NCBI GenBank assembly: GCA_964016885.1
Contig: OZ024743.1
Location: 180,978,001-181,042,000 of the forward strand
DNA from: Eledone cirrhosa
Taxonomy: Eukaryota
Length of the DNA stretch: 64,000 nucleotides
Direction of reading: 5' to 3'
The position numbers and the translations under genes were made by a program. The notes below the pieces were generated by a model. It did not search any database and had not been told where the DNA came from. It saw only the letters and a list, made by a program, of their open reading frames with translations. This document shows, piece by piece, positions 39,023 to 52,500 of this stretch (positions are counted from its first letter, which is position 1; each line of letters opens with the position of its first letter).

Positions 39023-39184
39023 GTTATACTTTGGGAGGGTCATGTTGCCAATAAGAAACACACGCACCAGTTTCTTTCACTTCAATTTATTATAATAAAT
39101 TTATAAATTTATTATAATAAATTGAAGTGAAAGCAACTGGTGCGTGTGTTTCTTATTGGCAACATGACCCTCCCAAAGTATAAC
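39023..39184. mobile_element. Near-perfect 162-bp palindrome abutting the 5' end of PLE copy 2
   Basis: gttatactttgggagggtcatg...catgaccctcccaaagtataac; single-arm homolog at 40220-40295. Confidence 0.85.
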
Positions 39185-39243
39185 ATTATCGGTTTCAACA
39201 CACGTTTTCAGATAAAGAATCTTGCTAAACAAATTCAGAAACG

Positions 39244-39303
<60 letters not shown>

Positions 39304-39639
39304 TCGTTGGACCAGAAAATGTTTTACAAGATAAAAAATTTGGTTGAAAGAAAGCCGATGAAATATTTTTTTAATTCTTCAAGAAATATTCTGACTCTGA
39401 CACAATGGCTTTTCTTTCTCTGATCTCATCCAAAGATCAATGATGCATAATTTGAAACTGTATACTTTGATGTCGAAGAGTAGGAGAAACTAATGTCTGG
39501 ATAATTTGAGGAGTCAATCAAATTGAATATCAAAAGCCAGACGGTAAGTTAAAATAAGAAACAGAGTTTATCATACTTATTTACTACCATTGATTTATTG
39601 AAGTTTCTGGCGTTTGATATTAATCTTCAATGACATTAA

Positions 39640-39800
<161 letters not shown>

Positions 39801-40118
39801 TATATTTATTCATATATACATATATATATATAAAATTACAAGTGAGGAAATAATAGACAAAAATATACCTATTTTTCTTCAAAGTCCTGACTGCAGTTTC
39901 GCCTAAACCTTGATTATATATGTTCTGGCTCGTTAACTTATTACCCTGCCATAGAACCACATTGGCATACGGTTGGATAATACATGTGTCCCTATATGCA
40001 TTTGTCATGTAGGGAGACATACTTTATTATTAATAATCTCCCCTAGTCGAGATAACATTTTGGTCGTTTTAACTGCTGCTATTTCTAGTGGCAGTACATT
40101 GACCTGTCCGCCCCTGCC

Positions 40119-40165
<47 letters not shown>

Positions 40166-40504
40166 ATATATATATATATATATATTGTATATATATATAT
40201 GTGTGTGTGTGTGTGTATAGTTATACTTTTGGAGGGTCATGCTGCCCATAAAAGCACACGCACCTGTTGGTTTTCACTTCAATCTATTATAAATTTCGGG
40301 TGGTTGGTTCAATAACCGGATGGTTATTTATATATTGTCAAAGGTCTTTTGTCACACATTCTGTGACCTCCTCAGTCATTGATTTCTTATTTTGTGTCCC
40401 TCCTTTGTTCTATCCTAACCCTCTTGTGTTCTGAACACCGGCGATTCAGTTCGGATCTAGCAGTTGAATAGGCATGAGCTCAGCTGTCGGTATACCGAAT
40501 ATTT

Positions 40505-40850
40505 CATATTACCCACTTTACTACACCAAGTATCATTATACAATTTCTATTATATATATTACAATAGTAACTGTTATGCAACAGTGATGACCTCATCAGA
40601 CAGCTACTAATTGAACAGAAATAACATGAAGAAAAAATGAAATTAAAATATATCACCAATGCTTTGAGAATGCAATACCGATGATCATCCCGGGACATAT
40701 CATTAAATTGAAACAGCGGGGGTAATTTTGATTCTATATTTTCTTCGTGATCTGTTCAACTAATAGCTGTCTAATGAGGTCATAACTGTTGCACAAAAGT
40801 TATCATCGAAATATATATAACAGCAATTGTATTATGAATATACTCTGGAG

Positions 40851-40856
<6 letters not shown>
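40505..40856. mobile_element. Diverged fold-back element containing an HHR in each arm
   Basis: Right arm gctgt-CTAATGA-ggtcataact/agttatcatc-GAAAT-atat-ATA-acagc at 40766-40824; left arm keeps CTGATGA (tcatcag at ~40593). Confidence 0.7.
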
Positions 40857-40888
<32 letters not shown>

Positions 40889-41187
40889 GTTATATATATG
40901 TTATTTTGCCCGAGAAAATATCTATATGTGTCATTAAGCGAAGCGCACATATGATTATTTTTTCATATCCAATTGAGTTCTGAGCACGTCACTTAAATTC
41001 TTATCGGAATTCAACTACCTGCGCATGTATTGTTTTGGCGGTAGTCTTCTTCCTGCTATTTTCGAGACAGTGTGAGATTTTGTTTAGAACTGCTGGACTA
41101 ACATCCTAGCAGCTCCCTCAAGCACTGATGGTGATTATCGCTAAATATTGATGTTGATTTGGTTATCAATATTAATATTATTGGGCA

Positions 41188-41310
41188 CCCACTGAAGAAT
41201 TATAAGAGCCCACTTGAATAAGTATCTGTTGATCTTATACAAGCTTCTACATAATTTGGTATAATTTCCCCTAACTTGTAGAAATCTTATAATGAAACGA
41301 GTCGTCTTGG
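41188..41310 (+). ncRNA. Type I hammerhead ribozyme motif with long helix II
   Basis: ccca-CTGAAGA-attataaga...tcttataat-GAAACG-agt-CGTC-ttgg; the homolog near 6140 has tggg, restoring helix I. Confidence 0.75.
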
Positions 41311-41481
41311 AAGTGATATATTTGATATATCTCACATGAAATGATACAGCCAATTCTCCTCACAATACAATATAGTTAGCACCCCGAACGTTTAATTAGG
41401 AATATACTCAGGTATTTCCTAATGTTTGTTGAGTGAGTTGGAATTTGGCCGGAGTATCGCTATTAGCTTTCTCCGTTTATG

Positions 41482-41527
<46 letters not shown>

Positions 41528-41531
<4 letters not shown>

Positions 41532-41727
41532 AAAAAATATGACCCCGACGGCAGAGCTCAAGCCGTTTCGACGGCTATTTCTGGACTAAAATAGTCCAGA
41601 AATAACCGTCGAAACGGCTTGAGCTCTGGCGTCGGGGTCATACTTTTTCCTATTTCACACTCTACTACCCTAAGTATTGAGTACTCTGGTGCGTTATGGT
41701 CCGTCTGGTTCCTTACCACATTTCCTT

Positions 41728-41732
<5 letters not shown>
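41528..41732 (+). mobile_element. Fold-back element with HHR 3' half and tail
   Basis: Palindrome 41528-41652; GAA-ACGGC...GCCGT-C on the mirror arm; tail with gagtactc at 41679; (TA)n both sides. Confidence 0.8.
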
Positions 41733-41782
<50 letters not shown>

Positions 41783-41893
41783 TTGAATAAAATGAAAACG
41801 AAATTTCATTTCTCACTCTTAGTATGGCACTTACTTAAATGTAAGTATGTATGTATACGTACATACATATATGTATACAGACGTACAGTAGCA

Positions 41894-41967
<74 letters not shown>

Positions 41968-42352
41968 TACATACAGGTACACATACATATATGCACGCAT
42001 CAGTTTAGCGGACGCTTATTATAACGCCGCTTTGTTCGTTTGTAAACAAACTAAACAGCCTGAATTTATGCCATACGGTGTTAAGGCAACCACGTCACCT
42101 TTTTGTTCAACACTGACACAGGAACGATGTACTAGTTTCAAGCTTGTTAGCTATCATCAGCACCGTATACCCATCTGCCAGATAGTTGAACGTTCGAAAG
42201 TATATACTTTCCGTATGAAAATTAACGGCTGAGCAGCCTAATTTGCATATTGAGTGAGTTAAATCGGTCAGGCATACCGAAAACGATAAGTTGAAAAAAA
42301 TGAAAACGATATATATATATATATATAGTGAAAACGATATATATATATATAG

Positions 42353-42661
42353 TGAAAAGATAACAAGGACGATTGGTTACTCTTTCATTACATTTATTGG
42401 TTGGTGACGCGCGTTTCGCCAATGATCAGTTCAAGGTTCGATCTGTATCGATCTTATCCGACTCTGTAATCTGCGGCTCGTCGGACCACAGTAAGATAGA
42501 TACAGATCGAACCTTGAGCTTATCAGTGGCGAAACGCGCGTCACCAACCAATAAATATAATGAAGAAGTAACCAATCGTCCTTGTTATCTTTTCAGTATA
42601 ATACACTCTCATCGAGTGCTCACTCCGGTGAATCTACAGTAACTGCAAGTTACACTCACTG

Positions 42662-42664
<3 letters not shown>
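42353..42664 (+). mobile_element. Fold-back element with HHR 3' half and tail
   Basis: Palindrome 42353-42595; GAAAC-GCGC-GTC 42531-42542; AATAAA 42550; tail with gagtgctc at 42614; (TA)n both sides. Confidence 0.8.
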
Positions 42665-42736
<72 letters not shown>

Positions 42737-43087
42737 CCATATATGCATATATGTGTATGTATGTTTATATATATATGGGTATAGGAGTTTATTCTTATAA
42801 ATATGTTTATGTATTTACTTCTACATATTTATATATGTGTATGTCAGGTCACTCTTGAGTGCTACTGGTAACATGTAAACCAGTACAACCTGTCTCATGG
42901 TCGGGTCGTCCGTCGACTAAACCAAGTTTATTTGGTGTGGAGGGTGAATTTGGACACCCTGCAGGACAAAAAACAAAACCTGACAAAGGGCGGAAGAACT
43001 GATAAGAGTCAACGGCCATCCAAAAATATGTAAATATGTATAATCACATGTACATATGTATGTGTATGTATATATGTGTGTATATGC

Positions 43088-43832
43088 CTGGGGTGTCAGG
43101 GAGGGGAATGTTCTTCTGTAGGGGGGTGGCTAGCCATGCCCTTTTCAGGATAGCTCGTCCTGCATTGTGTCCCACCTGACACTCAGCTCTCACCTGTGGC
43201 CCCAAGAAGCTGTAGCGTGGGACAGCGGCCACACCCTGTTAAACCGCCTTGGCTGGCGGGATGAACCAGGTTGAGGGTAGCCGGGCGGGTCTGAAACTCT
43301 CCGGTGAATTAGATAGGGGATGCCTACTCCTGCATGCGAAGACTGGACCCGGCGGAGTGAGTGGGGGAGGACAACATCGTCCCAACAGTCACCAAGGCGG
43401 CGACAGCAAGCTGCGTGGAGCGCTAGGGCACGACAAGGCACTACAGACGTCGTGGCCATCCACTGCAGCCAAGGAAGTCCCTGGTCGTGACGGTCCTCCG
43501 TACCACCGGATTCTGGCTTCTTCGGCCGAGTGAGTGGAACCGTCACTGTGCATTGGCCCTCCCACTATAAACCTTTCCCGCACAGGTTTCTTCTTTAGCG
43601 TGCACTCCTAAAGCCCTGCGTCGATTGACCTGCATGCGCAAGTCGTTCTCCTCCTGACCCTGGGATGACAGAGAAAAGCATCAACAACTGCCCCAAGCGA
43701 CTCCGGTCTCTTCCCCTGTCCCCACTGTCCCCGGACCTGCAAGTCAAGGATCGGCCTCCGTTGCCACCTTCGTGTCCATGGCAGACGGGAACTAAAATAA
43801 AGATGTCATCACCGTTTACGATGGACAACCAA
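43088..43832. mobile_element. GC-rich interspersed-repeat-like segment, possibly a LINE 5' region
   Basis: Abrupt GC-rich island between microsatellites; no recognisable protein motif. Confidence 0.3.
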
Positions 43833-43836
43833 GATT

Positions 43837-43931
<95 letters not shown>

Positions 43932-44062
43932 GTTGGGGTGGAGTTTCGTATAGTTTTCTTCGTTCGTATTAAATTTCGGAGAAACGTATTGTTTATCGGC
44001 TGTTTGCCGTCTCTTTATCTTCCTATTGTATATTAACTTGTATTAAGTATATTTTTATATAG

Positions 44063-45523
44063 AACTAACAGTGGTACCCGGCGTTGCACGGGATAAGGTA
44101 ATTTGGAACGCGGGCCGCCAACAGACCTAATTTTGGAAAAACTGCATGCCAGGACAATATGTAAAGAAAATAAACCGAATACTCTGATGGCTGGATAATC
44201 TTTAAGATTTTCCTCGATGAAGCAGGAAAAATGCAGGTTTTCACCTAATGTGGGCCCTAGGGGATCAAGAAAATGAATTCTTTTTATGTGCATAATATGC
44301 CTTGAAATTTCGGGAAAATCGGCTAGACATAACGCCTAAAAAAAGCCCTAAAAAGCTGAATAAATGAAGTTTTTCACCAATGCGGGCCCTAAGCCATACA
44401 AAAGTTGGATTTTCTTTGCTCACGGTATGAAGAAGAGACTGACTAATATGTAGTTACAATTCCAAGGAAATCGGTCTGACGTAACGCCTCAAAATACCCC
44501 TAAAAAGCTGAAAAAATGCAGTTTTTCACCTAATGCGGGCCCAGGATCAAAAAGTTCAATTTTTAATGTGCATAACACTCCCAAAACATAACGCGGGCCG
44601 CCAACAGACCCAATCGTGGGAAAACTGCATGCCTGGACAATATGTAAAGAAAATAAACCGAATGCTCTGATGCAATTAGTATTAGGTATGCTTCTCCTTC
44701 CACGTGGAGAAAATCGGCTTGGTGCTTTTGTACTTTAATAAAGTGGCATGAGTAAGCAGGACAGATGTCACCACTTATGTCAGAGGGAAGTCTGCAATGC
44801 TTGAGCAAGGCATGAGTGCAATCAAACAGCATGTGGAGCCTTCTCGAAGGAGTCCACCGCACCTTAGTAAGTAAACGCAACTGGACAAACGTTTACCAAA
44901 CTGTGGGTATAATTTAACAAATTTAAAGAGGAATGGTGCAATAAAATGGGCCCCGGGGCGTGTGCCGTTCACTGGCAGCCCTAAACGAAAGGATCGCCAT
45001 CAGTTATTTCAAGGGCTCTTAAAAGGGCCTTGTAAGCCGTTCACTGACACTCCAGTAAGGAGGGGTAACCATCAACAATTTCAAGTGGTGGCCCTAAAAA
45101 GGGCTATGTGAGCGTTCACTTGTAGCCCTTAATAGTGACTTTGACTGCGTTCACTGACATTTAGAGGGTGTTACGGTTGCTTCCACTGGTAGCCTTTAAA
45201 ATGAATCAGAATGCGTTCGCGGCCCGTTTAACAGCCATACATTGACGCGCCGAGTGCGATGCAGACAGCCAGATATGCAGACAGATATTATAAGGGCGCG
45301 ACGTCATATGTAAGTATCTATCTAAAAAGAGAAAGACTAAGAATTATAGAGAGGGGTCGCTAAATCGTCTAATGCGGTGTCTAGGGCATTGAAAAGTTGA
45401 AATTTGTTTGCTAAGAACACTCCCTGAAACATAAGTATTACATGTGTAAAGTTTGAAAACAGTTTTAGAGATTCAAACTCACACACACACAGACAGACAT
45501 CCTCAGTTTTATATATATAGATT
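44063..45523 (+). mobile_element. Helentron-associated / DINE-like non-autonomous element
   Basis: actaaca..cccggcgttgcacggg start, internal duplications (44110/44594; 44230/44375/44515), (GACA)n then ttttatatatatag end. Confidence 0.6.
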
Positions 45524-45722
45524 GTTGCACATTTCTTGCTAAATAGATTTCAACGGATTAGACTATAAATATTGGATTATTGAATACTGCTTCCAGCTGC
45601 TCTCCAAGATAATAACTAGCTTTGTTTCTGTCTAGCATCGTCTACCTTATTTTTATAGAAGTCATTCTCTTTGTGTGTGCATATATATATATATATAATA
45701 TACACATGTATATGTATATATA

Positions 45723-45760
<38 letters not shown>

Positions 45761-45889
45761 TTACTTGGGGAGGGTCATATTTGTGTAATATTGCCAGAAT
45801 TAATAACAAATATATTTATATATCTATTTACATATATATTTACATATATATTTGTCTATATATATTTACATATATATATATATATTGTC

Positions 45890-45959
<70 letters not shown>

Positions 45960-45966
45960 TGTCTGT

Positions 45967-46000
<34 letters not shown>

Positions 46001-46131
46001 CTATTGAAGTGATAATGTCTACTTATATCACTAATAATTAATTTAAAACTAAGTATTGATGACTAATTAATACATTTCATCTTAGAAGAGGAGAAATTGA
46101 AGTCTTTATCTTGTTATTTAATCTGCTACTA

Positions 46132-46265
46132 GGGTGGCAAATTGGCTGAATCGGTAGAGTGTCAGACAACATGCTTTACAGCATAAAATCACGGCCCTTT
46201 ACGTTCTAAATTCAAATCCCTCCCACCCACACACCCGAGACTAGCTTTGTTTTCATCCTTTCGGA
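46132..46265 (+). mobile_element. Degenerate tRNA SINE head
   Basis: ggtggcaaattggctgaatcggtagag...ttcaaatccc...tttcatcctttcgg. Confidence 0.55.
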
Positions 46266-46585
46266 TGTAAAACGTTTCGAAAATAACTGTAAACAGTTAA
46301 ATAACTATAAATAACAGCTTAGAAAATCGGGTAAAAGGGTTCAGCAGCGACTACTGTGAATGGGATGATGTACCGGTTGATGGCCCCAATTTCTATCTTT
46401 AAGGGCATTTTACTTTAAGGGTATTTTATTTCTAAGCTATTATTTATATCATTCAACTGGGTTCACGGTTATTTTCTGTGTTGAATACTTTCTACATTTA
46501 CTGGTAATTTCACCTCACTCGACGCCGCTCCGGTGGTGTAATTTGCTTATATCTCCTTACTAAAATGTCATGTCATCTTCCCGGA

Positions 46586-49500
46586 ACTGGTGCAGTCGGT
46601 CGATGGAGTACCACTCTAGTTGTGCCACTGATGCAGCCGGTCGTTGGAGTACCACTCTAGTTGTGCCACTGATGCAGCCAGTTGTTGGAGTACCACTCTA
46701 GTTGTGCCACTGATGCAGCCAGTTGTTGGAGTACCACTCTAGTTGTGCCACTGATGCAGCCAGTTGTTGGAGTACCACTCTAGTTGTGCCACTGATGCAG
46801 CCAGTCTTTGGAGTACCACTCTAGTTGTGCCACTGATGCAGCCAGTCTTTGGAGTACCACTCTAGTTGTCCCACTGGTGCAGTCGGTCGTTGGAGTACCA
46901 CTCTAGTTGTGCCAATGGTGCAGCCAGTTGTTGGAGTACCACTCTAGTTGTGCCACTGATGCAGCCGGTCGTTGGAGTACCACTCTAGTTGTGCCACTGG
47001 TGCAGCCAGTTGTTGGAGTACCACTCTAGTTGTGCCACTGATGCAGCCAGTCTTTGGAGTACCACTCTAGTTGTGCCACTGGTGCAGTCGGTCGATGGAG
47101 TACCACTCTAGTTGTGCCACTGATGCAGCCAGTCTTTGGAGTACCACTCTAGTTGTGCCACTGATGCAGCCGGTCGTTGGAGTACCACTCTAGTTGTGCC
47201 ACTGGTGCAGCCAGTTGTTGGAGTACCACTCTAGTTGTGCCACTGATGCAGCCAGTCTTTGGAGTACCACTCTAGTTGTGCCACTGGTGCAGCCAGTCGT
47301 TGGGGTGCCACTTTAGTTGTGCCATTGATGCAGTCAGTTGTGGGAGTACCACTGAAGTTGTGCCACTAATGCAGCCAGTTGTTGGAGTACCACTCTAGTT
47401 GTGCCACTGATGCAGCCAGTTGTTGGAGTACCACTCTAGTTATGTCACTGATGCAGCCTGTCGTTGGAGTACCACTCTAGTTGTGCCATTGATGCAGCCA
47501 GTTGTTGGAGTACCATTCTAGTTGTGCCATTGATGCAGCCAGTTGTTGGAGTACCACTCTAGTTGTGCCACTGATGCAGCCAGTTGTTGGAGTACCACTC
47601 TAGTTGTGCCATTGATGCAGCCAATTGTTGGAGTACCACTCTAGTTGTACCACTGATGCAGTCAGTTGTTGGAGTACCACTCTAGTTGTGCCACTGATGC
47701 AGCCAGTTGTTGGAGCACCACACTAGTTGTGCCACTGATACAGCCAGTTGTTGGACTACCACTCTAGTTGTGCCATTGATGCAGCCAGTTGTTGGGAGTA
47801 CCACTCTAGTTGTGCCACTGATGCAGCCAGTTGTTGGAGTACCACTCTAGTTGTGCCACTGATGCAGCCAGTTGTTGGAGTACCACTCTAGTTGTGCCAC
47901 TGATGCAGCCAGTTGTTGGAGTACCACTCTAGTTGTGTCACTGATGCAGCCAGTTGTTGGAGTACCACTCTAGTTGTGCGACTGATGCAGCCAGTTGTTG
48001 AAGTACCACTCTAGTTGTGCAACTGATGCAGTCAGTTGTTGGAGTACCACTCTAGTTGTGCCACTGATGCAGCCAGTTGTTGGAGTACCACTCTAGTTGT
48101 ACCACTGATGCAGTCAGTTGTTGGAGTACCACTCTAGTTGTGCCACTGATGCAGCCAGTTGTTGGAGCACCACACTAGTTGTGCCACTGATACAGCCAGT
48201 TGTTGGACTACCACTCTAGTTGTGCCATTGATGCAGTCAGTTGTTGGAGTACCACTCTAGTTGTGCCACTGATGCAGCCAGTTGTTGGAGTACCACTCTA
48301 GTTGTGTCACTGATGCAGTCAGTTGTTGGAGTACCACTCTAGTTGTGCCACTGATGCAACCAGTTGTTGGAGTACCACTCTAGTTGTGCGACTGATGCAG
48401 CCAGTTGTTGGAGTACCATCTAGTTGTGCGACTGATGCAGCCAGTTGTTGGAGTACCACTCTAGTTGTGCAACTGATGCAGCCAGTTGTTGGAGTACCAC
48501 TATAGTTGTGTCACTGATGCAGCCAGTTGTTGGAGTACCACTCTAGTTGTGCCACTGATGCAGCCAGTTGTTGGAGTACCACTCTAGTTGTGCCACTGAT
48601 GCAGCCAGTTGTTGGAGTACCACTCTAGTTGTGCCACTGATGCAGCCAGTCGTTGGGTACCAGAGTAGTTGTGCCAATGATGCAGCCTGTTGTTGGAGTA
48701 CCACTCTAGTTGTGCCACTGATGCAGTCAGTTGTTGGAGTACCACTCTAGTTATGCCACTGATGCAGCCTGTCGTTGGAGTACCACTCTAGTTGTGCCAT
48801 TGATGCAGCCAGTTGTTGGAGTACCATTCTAGTTGTGCCATTGATGCAGCCAGTTGTTGGAGTACCACTCTAGTTGTGCCACTGATGCAGCCAGTTGTTG
48901 GAGTACCACTCTAGTTGTGCCATTGATGCAGCCAGTTGTTGGAGTACCACTCTAGTTGTACCACTGATGCAGTCAGTTGTTGGAGTACCACTCTAGTTGT
49001 GCCACTGATGCAGCCAGTTGTTGGAGCACCACACTAGTTGTGCCACTGATACAGCCAGTTGTTGGACTACCACTCTAGTTGTGCCATTGATGCAGCCAGT
49101 TGTTGGGAGTACCACTCTAGTTGTGCCACTGATGCAGCCAGTTGTTGGAGTACCACTCTAGTTGTGCCACTGATGCAGCCAGTTGTTGGAGTACCACTCT
49201 AGTTGTGCCACTGATGCAGCCAGTTGTTGGAGTACCACTCTAGTTGTGTCACTGATGCAGCCAGTTGTTGGAGTACCACTCTAGTTGTGCGACTGATGCA
49301 GCCAGTTGTTGAAGTACCACTCTAGTTGTGCAACTGATGCAGTCAGTTGTTGGAGTACCACTCTAGTTGTGCCACTGATGCAGCCAGTTGTTGGAGTACC
49401 ACTCTAGTTGTACCACTGATGCAGTCAGTTGTTGGAGTACCACTCTAGTTGTGCCACTGATGCAGCCAGTTGTTGGAGCACCACACTAGTTGTGCCACTG

Positions 49501-52500
49501 ATACAGCCAGTTGTTGGACTACCACTCTAGTTGTGCCATTGATGCAGTCAGTTGTTGGAGTACCACTCTAGTTGTGCCACTGATGCAGCCAGTTGTTGGA
49601 GTACCACTCTAGTTGTGTCACTGATGCAGTCAGTTGTTGGAGTACCACTCTAGTTGTGCCACTGATGCAACCAGTTGTTGGAGTACCACTCTAGTTGTGC
49701 GACTGATGCAGCCAGTTGTTGGAGTACCATCTAGTTGTGCGACTGATGCAGCCAGTTGTTGGAGTACCACTCTAGTTGTGCCACTGATGCAGCCAGTTGT
49801 TGGAGTACCACTCTAGTTGTGCCACTGATGCAGCCAGTTGTTGGAGTACCACTCTAGTTGTGCCACTGATGCAGCCAGTCGTTGGGTACCAGAGTAGTTG
49901 TGCCAATGATGCAGCCTGTTGTTGGAGTACCACTCTAGTTGTGCCACTGATGCAGTCAGTTGTTGGTGTTACCACTCTAGTTCTGCCACTGATGCAGTCA
50001 GTTGTTGGAGTACCACTCTAGTTGTGCCACTGATGCAGCCAGTTGTTGGAGTACCATTCTAGTTGTGCCATTGATGCAGTCAGTTGTTGGAGTACCACTC
50101 TAATTGTGCCACTGATGCAGCAAGTTGTTGGAGTACCACTCTAGTTGTGCCACGGATGCAGCCAATTGTTGGAGTACCACTCTAGTTGTGCCACTGATGC
50201 AGCCAGTTGTTGGAGTACCACTCTAGTTGTGCCACTGATGCAGCCAGTTGCTGGAGTACCACTCTAGTTGTGCCACTGATGCAGCCAGTTGTTGGAGTAC
50301 CACTCTAGTTGTGCCACTGATACAGCCAGTTGTTGGACTACCACTCTAGTTGTGCCATTGATGCAGTCAGTTGTTGGAGTACCACTCTAGTTGTGCCACT
50401 GATGCAGCCAGTTGTTGGAGTACCACTCTAGTTGTGTCACTGATGTAGTCAGTTGTTGGAGTACCACTCTAGTTGTGCCACTGATGCAACCAGTTATTGG
50501 AGTACCACTCTAGTTGTGCGACTGATGCAGCCAGTTGTTGGAGTACCATCTAGTTGTGCGACTGATGCAGCCAGTTGTTGGAGTACCACTCTAGTTGTGC
50601 AACTGATGCAGCCAGTTGTTGGAGTACCACTATAGTTGTGTCACTGATGCAGCCAGTTGTTGGAGTACCACTCTAGTTGTGCCACTGATGCAGCCAGTTG
50701 TTGGAGTACCACTCTAGTTGTGCCACTGATGCAGCCAGTTGTTGGAGTAACACTCTAGTTGTGCCACTGATGCAGCCAGTCGTTGGGTACCAGAGTAGTT
50801 GTGCCAATGATGCAGCCTGTTGTTGGAGTACCACTCTAGTTGTGCCACTGATGCAGTCAGTTGTTGGTGTTACCACTCTAGTTCTGCCACTGATGCAGTC
50901 AGTTGTTGGAGTACCACTCTAGTTGTGCCACTGATGCAGCCAGTTGTTGGAGTACCATTCTAGTTGTGCCATTGATGCAGTCAGTTGTTGGAGTACCACT
51001 CTAATTGTGCCACTGATGCAGCAAGTTGTTGGAGTACCACTCTAGTTGTGCCACGGATGCAGCCAATTGTTGGAGTACCACTCTAGTTGTGCCACTGATG
51101 CAGCCAGTTGTTGGAGTACCACTCTAGTTGTGCCACTGATGCAGCCAGTTGCTGGAGTACCACTCTAGTTGTGCCACTGATGCAGCCAGTTGTTGGAGTA
51201 CCACTCTAGTTGTGCCACTGATGCTGCCAGTTGTTGGAGTACGACTCTAGTTGTGCCACTAATGCAGCCAGTTGTTGGAGTACCCCTCTAGTTGTGCCAC
51301 TGATGCAGCCAGTCTTTGGGTACCACTCTAGTTGTGCCAGTGATACTGCCAGTTGTTGGAATACCTACTCTAGTTGTGCCACAGATTTAGCCAGTTGTTG
51401 GTGTACCACTCTAGTTGTGCCACTGATGCAGCCAGTTGTTGGAGTACCACTCTAGTTGTGTCACTGATACAGCCAGTTGTTGGAGTACCACTCTAGTTGT
51501 GCCACGGAGGCAGCCAGTTGTTGTAGTACCACTGTAGTTGTGCCATTGATGCAGTCAGTTGTTGGAGTACCACTCTAGTTGTGTCACTGATGCAGCCAGT
51601 TGTTGGCGTACCACTCTAGTTGTGTCACTGATACAGCCAGTTGTTGGAGTCACCACTCTAGTTGTGTCACTGATGCCCCCAGTTGTTGGATTACCACTCT
51701 AGTTGTGCCACTGATGTAGCCAGTTGTTGGAGTACCACTCTAGTTGTGCCACTGATGCAGCCAGTTGTTGGAGTGCCACTCTAGTTGTGTCACTGATGTA
51801 GCCAGTTGTTTGAGTACCACTCGAGTTGTGTCACTGATGCACCCAGTTGTTGGATTACCACTCTAGTTGTGCCACTGATACAGCCAGTTGTTGGAGTACC
51901 ACTCTACTTGTGTCACTGATACAGCCATTTGTTGGAGTACCACTCTAGTTGTGCCACTGATGCAGCCAGTTGTTGGAGTACCACTCTAGTTGTGCACTGA
52001 TACAGCCAGTTGTTGGAGTACCACTCTAGTTGTGCCACTGATGCAGCCAGTTGTTGGAGTACCACTCTAGTTGTGTCACTGAAGCAGCCAGTCGTTGGGT
52101 ACCACTCTAGTCGTGCCACTGATGCAGTCTGTTGTTGGAGTACTATTCAAGTTGTGCCACTAATGCAGTCAGTTGTTGGAGTACCACTCTAGTTGTGCCA
52201 CTGATGCAGTCAGTTGTTGGAGTACCACTCTAGTTGTGCCACTGATGCAGCCAGTTGTTGGAGTACCACTCTAGTTATGTCACTGATGCAGCCAGTTGTT
52301 GGAGTACCACTCTAGTTGTGCCACTGATGCAGCCAGTCTTTGGGTACCACTCTAGTTGTGCCACTGATACAGCCAGTTGTTGGAGTACCACTCTAGTTGT
52401 GCAACTGATGCAGCCAGTTGTTGGAATACCACTCTAGTTGTGCCACAGATGTAGCCAGTTGTTGGAGTACCACTCTAGTTGTGCCACTGATGCAGCCAGT

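Larger units (their letters stand above)
35345..39025 (-). mobile_element. Penelope-like retroelement copy 2 (near full length, direct pLTRs)
   Basis: ~165-bp direct repeats 35345-35510 and 38856-39021; complete RT-GIY-YIG coding region; HHR in the 3' pLTR; 3' end abuts (TA)n. Confidence 0.92.

Noticed and set aside
41995-42230. Possible PLE thumb remnant (ADAYYNAAL)
   Set aside because: Only a few residues resemble AEYYDNAL; flanks do not align.
43088-43400. HDV-like ribozyme at a putative LINE 5' end
   Set aside because: Could not build a convincing nested double pseudoknot by eye.
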